The notes under the pieces: model-generated | Database searches by the model: none | The model's input: only the letters and a program-made list of their open reading frames with translations | Told to the model about the DNA's origin: nothing | Position numbers and translations under genes: made by a program | Shown here: positions 56,786 through 64,000 of the stretch, piece after piece | Numbering within the stretch: position 1 is the first letter of the stretch | How the letters are laid out: every line of letters starts with the position of its first letter | Source: Alkalispirochaeta sp. | GTDB lineage: Bacteria > Spirochaetota > Spirochaetia > DSM-27196 > Alkalispirochaetaceae | Direction of reading: 5' to 3' | DNA: 64,000 bases | NCBI GenBank assembly: GCA_965601925.1 | Contig: OZ271854.1 | Span: forward strand, 576,001-640,000

Positions 56786-57649
56786 ATGGAAACACGACGG
56801 AATGGACGGCGATGGTGGCGATGGATCGTATTCGCACCGGTAGCCCTTATCGTCGCTGCGGCGTTATGGGGACTCCTCGATGCGGTGGACGGCGCGAGCG
56901 CCCGAACGGTGTGGAATCGCACCTGGAGGGACGCCGGCGGGCGCGAACTCGGAGGATATCTTGTCGTACCGGAAGAGGCGCGGCGCGTGGTGTCGGTCAC
57001 CGCAACCCGCACCCTCGCCGCGACACAACGTTCGGACGACGGACGGTATCCCGCAGTGCTACTCATTCACGAGTGGTGGGGACTCACCGTCGATACGGCG
57101 CGCATGGCCGACCAGTTGGCCGCCGACGGTTACATCGTACTCGCCGTCGACGCGTTGCGGGGTCGACGCGCGGTAAGTGTACCGGGAGCTCTCACCCTCA
57201 TGATCATGACGAGCGAGGAGGTGATCGATCGGGATATCGATCGCGCCTTGGACGAGCTTGCGGCGCTTCCCGACGTCGATCCCCGACGAATCGCAGTCGC
57301 CGGTTTCTGCTTCGGCGGCTCCCAAGCGATGCGATTGGGTAGCCGACGGGACGACGTCGCGGCGACGGCGATTTTTTACGGCGGGGGGCCCTTTTCAACC
57401 GCCGAGGAGGTCGGCCTGCTCGGACGATCGGGGCCGGTGTTGGGCATCTACGGAGCGGCGGACCGAACGATTCCCACCGAGGAGGTACAGCGGTTCGAGT
57501 CGCTGCTCCTCGACGCCGGTGTCGACGCGCGAATCACGATCTATGACGGTGTCGGACACGCCTTTGTCGATCCGGTGAGCATCGGCATCGACCCCATCGC
57601 CGCCAGGGCGTGGGATCAGTTCCGCCTGTTTCTGATGAGCGCCTTGTAG
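56786..57649 (+). CDS. Dienelactone hydrolase family protein with N-terminal TM
   Basis: IHEWWG, GFCFGG and GVGHAF. Confidence 0.9.
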   Translation: METRRNGRRWWRWIVFAPVALIVAAALWGLLDAVDGASARTVWNRTWRDAGGRELGGYLVVPEEARRVVSVTATRTLAATQRSDDGRYPAVLLIHEWWGLTVDTARMADQLAADGYIVLAVDALRGRRAVSVPGALTLMIMTSEEVIDRDIDRALDELAALPDVDPRRIAVAGFCFGGSQAMRLGSRRDDVAATAIFYGGGPFSTAEEVGLLGRSGPVLGIYGAADRTIPTEEVQRFESLLLDAGVDARITIYDGVGHAFVDPVSIGIDPIAARAWDQFRLFLMSAL

Positions 57650-57670
57650 TCTGCTCATCCGCCATTGAGT

Positions 57671-58267
57671 ATGTTTACGGGCATGGTAGTGACGATCCTG
57701 CGAATCCTTGCGAGCGTGGCCGCCTTCACGGCCGCGGCGATCGGCATGGAGTTTGTCGCGCGCTTCATGCACAAATACGTCATGCACGGAAGAGGGTGGT
57801 GCTTTCATTACGATCACCACAACCATTCGGGACGCGTATTTCAGAAGAACGACCTCTATTTTTTCTTCTTTGCCGGGCTCTCCTTTGTCCTGATATTCTT
57901 CGGATTGCGCGCCGGGTGGTACGAAATGGCCGCCGCCGGACTGGGCGTGGCGCTCTACGGCGTGGGCTACGTGCTCTTTCACGACATCATGTTTCACGGC
58001 CGGATCAAGCGGTTTAAGTTCAAACCGAAACACCCGTACCTCAAGCGCATCATTAACGCCCACCGCGTGCACCACGCAACCGTGACCCAAGGCGGCGCGG
58101 TGAGCTTCAGCTTTCTATGGGCGCCGAAGTTCTACAACCCGGACAACCAAGAGGCGATCAACGCAAAACTCAAAGAGATTAGAGAGATGCAACTGGCCAT
58201 AAAGCGTCGTGAGCGAGAGCGCGCCGCCGCATCGGGCGTCACGACGGCGGAGCCGAACAACAGCTGA
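57671..58267 (+). CDS. crtZ: Beta-carotene hydroxylase-like non-heme diiron enzyme
   Basis: GME, His boxes HKYVMHG, HYDHH, HDIMFH and HRVHH, plus KND.Y and VSFSFLWA. Confidence 0.82.
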   Translation: MFTGMVVTILRILASVAAFTAAAIGMEFVARFMHKYVMHGRGWCFHYDHHNHSGRVFQKNDLYFFFFAGLSFVLIFFGLRAGWYEMAAAGLGVALYGVGYVLFHDIMFHGRIKRFKFKPKHPYLKRIINAHRVHHATVTQGGAVSFSFLWAPKFYNPDNQEAINAKLKEIREMQLAIKRRERERAAASGVTTAEPNNS

Positions 58268-58291
58268 GCCCCACCGCTCCGACGTACGATC

Positions 58292-58966
58292 TTAACCGAG
58301 CGCACCTTTGACGTAGGTAGTCACCGCGTCCAGTTCGTCTTCGTTGATGGTGTGCCCCATTCCCTCGTAGAGTCGTAGATCGACCGCACCGTTCAACGAT
58401 TCCGCCACACGCGCACTCTCGACGACGCGCTCTTTGGGTATATGCATGTCCACATCGCTGCACCCGAAAAAAACGGGCGTCCCATCGAGATCGCCGTCGA
58501 AGGCGAAGACCGTATCGGGCGGGCCGATGAGGCCACCGCTCAGAGCGAATACGCCGCCGTAGCGCCGCGGGTACCGTACGACGGTATCGCTCGCGAGGCA
58601 CGCGCCCTGGCTGAACCCGGCGATAAAGAGGCGTTGGGGCGGCGTTCCCTGCTCGATCAGTTGATCGATAAGGGAGGCCGCGGCCGCTCTCGCGGAGTCG
58701 AGCCACGGCTGATTCTGCTCTTCGGGAGCCAGAAAGGGATAGGGGTACCACGTCGCATTCGCCGCGTCGGGAGCCACGAGCAGCGTATCTTCGCGGCCGA
58801 GGCGACGGGCGATCTCCCGCCCGAGCCCGATGATCCCGTCGGCCCCCGCTCCGCGGCCGTGTAGCAACAAGATCGTAGCGCCCGCACGAGCCGGGCTCGG
58901 CCCCTCCGAGAAGACCGGTCTACCGGCGTGCGGCCCGTCGATTCGGGACAGATCGATTGCTTTCAT
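58292..58966 (-). CDS. Phospholipase/carboxylesterase (alpha/beta hydrolase)
   Basis: LLHGRG, WYP..FLAP, GFSQG, SDVD.HIP and MGHTIN. Start ATG 58966 overlaps the cupin stop. Confidence 0.88.
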   Translation of the reverse strand: MKAIDLSRIDGPHAGRPVFSEGPSPARAGATILLLHGRGAGADGIIGLGREIARRLGREDTLLVAPDAANATWYPYPFLAPEEQNQPWLDSARAAAASLIDQLIEQGTPPQRLFIAGFSQGACLASDTVVRYPRRYGGVFALSGGLIGPPDTVFAFDGDLDGTPVFFGCSDVDMHIPKERVVESARVAESLNGAVDLRLYEGMGHTINEDELDAVTTYVKGALG

Positions 58967-59400
58967 ATGTCGTCTCCTGTGATGTCGTCTCGAGCCGTCG
59001 AGCGATACGGAACGGCCCCGTCGGTTTGAATGAAGATCGAATACCGCGGGACGCCCCCGACGTTGCGCGTACGGTGCCCCCGGCCTTCGGTGTCTTCCAA
59101 GAACAGCGTCGTTCCCGCCCCCACCACTCGCGTCTCGCCGTCGCCTACTTGGATTTCGATCGCGCCGGTCACGACGACGACGAACTGGCGCGCCGGCGTC
59201 GGGTGCCAGTCGTAGTCGTAATCCGCACCGGTGCTCCGAAAGATGATCTTCGCCGGACCGATGACGTCCGAGAGTCGCCCGATCTCTCCGGCCGACCGCA
59301 ACTCGACTCGGCCGTCCTCGAAATGCGTTACACCCTCGGTATCGCTGTAGATGCGCACCACGGGAAACCACTCCTCGGTATGATTCGATTCCTGTTCCAT
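58963..59400 (-). CDS. Small cupin-domain protein
   Basis: RIYSD.EG.THFED, WHPTPARQF and EDTEGRGH. Confidence 0.82.
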   Translation of the reverse strand: MEQESNHTEEWFPVVRIYSDTEGVTHFEDGRVELRSAGEIGRLSDVIGPAKIIFRSTGADYDYDWHPTPARQFVVVVTGAIEIQVGDGETRVVGAGTTLFLEDTEGRGHRTRNVGGVPRYSIFIQTDGAVPYRSTARDDITGDDI

Positions 59401-59406
59401 GGCGCA

Positions 59407-59435
59407 AACATACGAACACCGCGAAGAAAGGTCAA
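59407..59435 (-). promoter_or_regulatory. sigma70 promoter, leaderless
   Basis: TTGACC (59435-59430), N17, TATGTT (59412-59407), 6 nt, ATG 59400. Confidence 0.7.
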
Positions 59436-59482
59436 TGTTGAACTATATTAAACGTAGAGCGGTCGGCGACTTTCGAACCGTA

Positions 59483-60445
59483 CTACCCTTCAAGCGGCGC
59501 CTGCAGCGTCTCACTCCCGGTCCGTGACGCACTACTACTCAGACGGACCGCGACCAGGACGAAGAACGCACCGGCCCACTGTATCGCGGTAAGTCGTTCG
59601 TCAAGAACGATCCAACCGGTAACGGCGGTGACAACGGGAATCGCGTTGATGTACAGCGCTGCGCGGCTCGCCCTCTCGTACCGCAACGCCCAGTTGTACA
59701 AGAGAAACGCCGCGACGGTCGCTCCGATGGAAAGAAAGAGCAGCGCTCCCCATCCGAACCCGTCGAGGGAGATCGGCCCGAATCGGTCGCCGGTGACGGC
59801 CCACAGGAGCACGAACACACCGCCGCCCCACCACGTCTGCACGATCGTGACGCTGACCGGATCGTGGTGCTGGTTGAGCCTTCTCGCCAGCGTGATGTAG
59901 CACGCCGCGGAGAGGACCGCACCGATCACGAGAAGGACACCCGCGAGCTGCCCCGTGAGCACACCCGCCACGATGCGCCGCCCATTCGGACCGGCCTCCG
60001 AGGCGGCAGTCCCGGCCGATGAGCCGAACACCAATAGGGCGATACCCGCCATAGAGACGAACACTGCGACGATCCCACGCCCACTCAGCGGTTCTCCGAG
60101 AAACAGCGAGGCGAGCACGGCCACCGCGAGGGGTATCGTGGCGATGATGAGCGCGGCGGTCGTCGCCGGTATGAGACGAAGTCCGAAGCTCTCGAACAGA
60201 AAGTACGCGATCGGCTCCGCCAGGGCGGTGAGGGCGATGAGCGCATGGGTACGTCGGGAGAATCGCGGTCGCCCTCGTACAACCATCACGACGCCGAGCA
60301 CGGCGGAGGCGATTAAAAACCGAATCGCCATGTAGGTGATCGGCGATATCTGCTCCAACACCAACTTCGACGCGACAAAGGAGACGCCCCAGAAGAGCAT
60401 CGTCGTCACCATTGCCAGCTGTACCGCAACTCCGGGGGGCTTCAT
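59483..60445 (-). CDS. DMT/EamA-family transporter
   Basis: FWGVSF, RFLIA, LGE and LDE repeats; about 10 TM. Confidence 0.9.
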   Translation of the reverse strand: MKPPGVAVQLAMVTTMLFWGVSFVASKLVLEQISPITYMAIRFLIASAVLGVVMVVRGRPRFSRRTHALIALTALAEPIAYFLFESFGLRLIPATTAALIIATIPLAVAVLASLFLGEPLSGRGIVAVFVSMAGIALLVFGSSAGTAASEAGPNGRRIVAGVLTGQLAGVLLVIGAVLSAACYITLARRLNQHHDPVSVTIVQTWWGGGVFVLLWAVTGDRFGPISLDGFGWGALLFLSIGATVAAFLLYNWALRYERASRAALYINAIPVVTAVTGWIVLDERLTAIQWAGAFFVLVAVRLSSSASRTGSETLQAPLEG

Positions 60446-60563
60446 AAACGGTGTGAGTGTATCGCGCTCAGTACGCTCGTCACAAGCTGCCGGGAGGGAC
60501 CGCAACGCGCCTCGTACGTCCCGGCGCGTTGCGGCGTTCTCCGAGCAATGCCATAATGGCGAC

Positions 60564-61529
60564 ATGCGGGAATATCGGTGGCCGCTGGGCGGCATTGCGA
60601 CCGGCGAGGTGATCTACGGTTGCATGGAAATCGGGGGCGGCTGGGACGATACGCCGCCGGGACGGGAAACGCGCAGCCGCGCCTTTGCCGTCCTCGACGC
60701 GGCGATCGAGGCGGGATACACGATGTTCGACCACGCCGACATCTATTGTCGGGGCAAGTCGGAGACGCTTTTCGGGGAATGGCTCTCCGCGCGGGGCGAT
60801 GTTCGCGATCGAATCACGATTCAGTCGAAATGCGGCATCCTACTCGCCGACGGAGACGCACAACCCTCACCGCGTCCGACGATGTACGACTTTTCATACG
60901 ACCATATTACACGATCCGTCGACGGCATCCTTTCGCGACTCGGGGTGGAGAGAATCGATGTTCTTCTCCTCCACCGACCCGATCCACTCGTCGAGCCGGA
61001 GGAGGTCGCCCGCGCCTTCGACGATCTTCACGGCGCCGGCAAAGTTCGTTCATTCGGCGTGAGCAACCACTCGGCGATGCAAATCGATCTCCTACGTTCG
61101 GCGACCGATTATCCGATTGTCGCCAACCAGATGGAGATCAGCCTCGCCCATCCCGATCTCCTCCTTGCCGGAACGGCGGTCAACCAGCGTGAACCGACGT
61201 GGTCGATGCGGGCCGCCGACACGGTTGAGTACTGCCGGTTGGAGGGAATTACCCTTCAGGCGTGGTCGCCGTTAGGTCGCGGCATCTACTCAGGGCGCGA
61301 GGAAAATGCGACCGCACGAGTGGTGGAACGCCTCGCCGCCGAGTACGACGTGAGCCGAGAGGCGATCGTGTTGGCGTGGATCATGCACCACCCGGCGCCG
61401 ATCTTACCGGTCGTGGGATCTACGAACACCGACCGCATCGCTGCCGCCGCGGAGGCGTCGGGAGTACGACTGAGTCGCGAACACTGGTATCTTCTCGCCG
61501 AGTCGGCGCGCGGCATGGGGATGCCCTGA
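60564..61529 (+). CDS. Aldo/keto reductase (YdhF-like)
   Basis: YGCM, FDHADIY, QSKCG, LLHRPD, GVSN and AWSPL. Preceded by TTGCGG-N17-CATAAT-N6-ATG. Confidence 0.9.
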   Translation: MREYRWPLGGIATGEVIYGCMEIGGGWDDTPPGRETRSRAFAVLDAAIEAGYTMFDHADIYCRGKSETLFGEWLSARGDVRDRITIQSKCGILLADGDAQPSPRPTMYDFSYDHITRSVDGILSRLGVERIDVLLLHRPDPLVEPEEVARAFDDLHGAGKVRSFGVSNHSAMQIDLLRSATDYPIVANQMEISLAHPDLLLAGTAVNQREPTWSMRAADTVEYCRLEGITLQAWSPLGRGIYSGREENATARVVERLAAEYDVSREAIVLAWIMHHPAPILPVVGSTNTDRIAAAAEASGVRLSREHWYLLAESARGMGMP

Positions 61530-62554
61530 TGCGCCGCATCTGGATACCCCGCGCCGGGAGGGCGCACGTGCTTGAAGTGCGAGAAGAGCCCGACGTTACA
61601 CCGGCTGAGGGCGAGGTTTGTATCGACGTGGTCGCGGCGGGCGTCAACTTCGCGGATGTGCTGGCACGCACCGGAATGTATCCCGACGCGCCGCCCTTTC
61701 CGTGCGTCGTCGGTTATGAGGTATCGGGGCGCATCCGGGCGGTCGGTAACGCCGTCTCGGAGGCGAGGCCGGAACTGATACCGGGAGCGGCGGTCGTAGC
61801 GCTCACACGGTTCGGCGGTTACAGTGACACGGTATCGGTCCCCCACGGTCAGGTATTCGTTCTGCCGCCGGAGATACCGGTGGAGGATGCGGCTGCCTTA
61901 CCCGTCAACTATCTCACGGCGTGGCTCGCCCTCAGGCGTCTGGCGGTCGTCCACCCCGGCGACCTCGTGTTGATCCACAACGCCGGCGGAGGCGTGGGAA
62001 TCGCCGCCACCCAGCTCGCAAAGGCGGCCGGAGCGCGCACCGTCGGAACATCGTCGGCGTGGAAGCACGACGCGCTTACGGCCGGCGGCCTCGACCACGC
62101 GATCGACTATCGCACGCGCGATGTGGCCGAGGAGGTTCGCCGCATCGAGGCGCGCGGCGCCGACGTCATACTCAATCCGATGGGAGGTTCCACGGTGCGT
62201 CGCGATCTCCGTCTCCTCGCTCCCCTCGGTCATCTCGTGCTGTTCGGTCTATCGGAACCGGTCGCGGAGGGTCGTCGCTCGTGGTGGCGCCTCCTCCGCT
62301 CCCTCGTCGCGATGCCGCGCCCCGGGGTACTGGGCCTCATCAGCCGCAACCAGAGCGTCGCGGGACTCAACATCGGCCATCTCTGGTCGGATTTTCACCG
62401 ATTCCGGGCCGCCGGCGAGTATCTGCTCGAGGACTGGAAGAACGGTGTGATAGCGCCCAAGATTCACGCGCGCGTTCCCTTCGTCGACGCGGCACAGGCG
62501 CACGAGATACTCCAGGAGCGTAAGAATCTCGGCAAGGTACTCCTCGTCCCGTAA
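61529..62554 (+). CDS. VAT-1-like MDR/quinone oxidoreductase
   Basis: C-terminal part of ORF 61262..62554: GVNFAD, GYEVSG, PVNYLTA, AGGGVG and RKNLGKVLL. Confidence 0.88.
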   Translation: MRRIWIPRAGRAHVLEVREEPDVTPAEGEVCIDVVAAGVNFADVLARTGMYPDAPPFPCVVGYEVSGRIRAVGNAVSEARPELIPGAAVVALTRFGGYSDTVSVPHGQVFVLPPEIPVEDAAALPVNYLTAWLALRRLAVVHPGDLVLIHNAGGGVGIAATQLAKAAGARTVGTSSAWKHDALTAGGLDHAIDYRTRDVAEEVRRIEARGADVILNPMGGSTVRRDLRLLAPLGHLVLFGLSEPVAEGRRSWWRLLRSLVAMPRPGVLGLISRNQSVAGLNIGHLWSDFHRFRAAGEYLLEDWKNGVIAPKIHARVPFVDAAQAHEILQERKNLGKVLLVP

Positions 62555-62665
62555 AGCGGCCTACCGGGGGCGACCGCGCCGTATCGGCCAACACGACATC
62601 GGCGCTCACCATTGACGATACCGCATCGGCGGTAGTAGAGAAGGAGATGTGACGGAGTTTTCTAC

Positions 62666-63664
62666 ATGAGTAACGACCGCCTCGGCGCATCGGCGCTTGA
62701 CGACAAGGAATACGAGCAGCTCCTGCGATCGGCTCTCGACGCGTATGTGGCGGTACTCGTCGCCGACCTTGACGATCGAATACTGTACGCCAACAAGCAA
62801 TGGTGCGATATCTGGGGCTACACCGACGGGCCACCGGAGGTGGTCGATACGAAACTTCTCACTCTCGCACGCAACATGATTCACGATGTCGACGCATTCG
62901 AAGCGCGCATCGTCTACTTACGCGCCAACCCTCACGAAACCTCCTTCGAACTCGTACAATTCACCGACGGTAGAGTCCTGGAGCGACTCACCGCTCCATT
63001 GTACGTCGCGGGCGAGCTGCGCGCGCAGATATGGGCGTTCAGAGATCTGTCGGACCGCCTCAGCCCGTCGCTCATCTCACCCTCGAGCGGTCTCATATCC
63101 GGAAGCGGCGAGTCGGCGCGGCGCCTCGCCGCGACATCGGCGCGCGTTCGCGATTTCGTCAGTCGACACGTCGACGACATGTGCACTGTCTGCGTGGGCC
63201 TCGTATCGCTCCTTCACGACGCCATCGAGTCCGGAAGCGAGGATGACGAGTCACCAGTTCGCGCGCTCTCGCGTTACACCGCCATGTACACCGCAACCGG
63301 CCTCGGCTGCGATCCGAACGCCATCGACATCTCCGACACCCGTGAGAACGGCGCGGCGATGGTACCGCGGAGTCTAGACGCGCTTCTCGGTGCCGAACTG
63401 CTCCTCGCCGGCCTCGTTGCACTCGCGGCCGGGGAGGAGGTTGTGGCCGAGGTGCGGATTCACGCTTCGACGCTGGACATCGCCGGGCGACATCTCGGCT
63501 CGTATCCGCCCGTCGTAACCTACCCTCACATCGATATCGCCCGCGACTGCGCCGATCTTATACGGCGAGAGACGGACCACACGAGGACGGCGCAACCGGG
63601 ACTGGTGAGATTCGCGAGGCTCCGGTTTGAGGAGGAGACGACTCGCGGGGAGGATACGCGATGA
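62666..63664 (+). CDS. PAS-domain protein with unrecognised C-terminus
   Basis: VLVADLDDRILYAN..W..IWG...FTDGRVLER.TAP...WAFRD. Confidence 0.7.
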   Translation: MSNDRLGASALDDKEYEQLLRSALDAYVAVLVADLDDRILYANKQWCDIWGYTDGPPEVVDTKLLTLARNMIHDVDAFEARIVYLRANPHETSFELVQFTDGRVLERLTAPLYVAGELRAQIWAFRDLSDRLSPSLISPSSGLISGSGESARRLAATSARVRDFVSRHVDDMCTVCVGLVSLLHDAIESGSEDDESPVRALSRYTAMYTATGLGCDPNAIDISDTRENGAAMVPRSLDALLGAELLLAGLVALAAGEEVVAEVRIHASTLDIAGRHLGSYPPVVTYPHIDIARDCADLIRRETDHTRTAQPGLVRFARLRFEEETTRGEDTR

Positions 63665-64000
63665 ACCGGTCCGTGGCGTTTTACGACGCCATCCTCGACA
63701 CGTTGGCCGCCGTGCTCATCGTAGATGAGGAGGGTAGAGTACTATACGCAAACGAGCCGTGGTACGACATGGTCGATGTCGAACGGAGTATCGTAGATTT
63801 TCGCATCACGCCGGAGCTTCGCGAGCGGTGGTCGGCCATGCTCCGCAATCCCGAGGGCTTCAGCGCTCGACTGGAGGAGTTACGGGAACACCCCGAGTTG
63901 GAAGCGCACGACCTGATCGAGTTCAAGGACGGGAGACTCTTCGAACGGTACAGCAAGCCGATTCCGAACGAGAACTATAAGAACGTACGCTTATGGGTCT
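63661..64000 (+). CDS. PAS-domain protein (runs off the window end; absent from ORF track)
   Basis: GGAGG SD and ATGA overlap. Reads MNRSVAFYDAILDTLAAVLIVDEEGRVLYANEPW...EFKDGRLFERYSKP. Confidence 0.75.
   Translation, partial: MNRSVAFYDAILDTLAAVLIVDEEGRVLYANEPWYDMVDVERSIVDFRITPELRERWSAMLRNPEGFSARLEELREHPELEAHDLIEFKDGRLFERYSKPIPNENYKNVRLWV

Noticed and set aside
1..64000. CRISPR arrays, tRNA/rRNA genes, transposases, integrases, phage genes
   Set aside because: No regularly spaced repeats, structural-RNA signatures or mobile-element proteins were recognised by eye. A covariance-model scan was not possible.

Overview
GC-rich bacterial chromosomal segment of about 60 genes. It is most likely from a free-living spirochaete: there is a CheX, an RND adaptor lacking the alpha-hairpin (BesA-like), and FAGGQ-type solute-binding-protein N-termini. 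The acidic exported proteins may point to a saline habitat (inference). No rRNA, tRNA, CRISPR array, prophage or IS element was recognised. Main contents: msrA, an MCP and cheX; a ROK-controlled sugar uptake and oxidation block (two ABC systems, three Gfo/Idh/MocA enzymes); an AraC-linked M24/SDR/UxuA/RraA operon; a TolC-MFP-RND pump with an OmpR-type two-component system; a porin-like gene; two MipA/OmpV paralogues around a lipoprotein haloalkane-dehalogenase-like hydrolase; a lone crtZ-like gene; and assorted oxidoreductases and hydrolases. The strongest unexplained signals are non-coding. (1) Two mirror-image promoters at 43037-43170 each carry three 11-bp-phased TTCA repeats 10 nt before a -10 box. 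One faces the porin; the other faces an unannotated ~85-nt transcript ending in a strong intrinsic terminator, a candidate micF-like sRNA with an anti-Shine-Dalgarno seed. (2) A GTTTAT-N22-TAnnnT promoter signature is shared by the RND operon, an unknown Rossmann-like gene and one mipA. (3) A twin-operator promoter next to trmB appears to have lost its target gene. (4) Several genes look leaderless. All calls come from reading the sequence; no database search was run.
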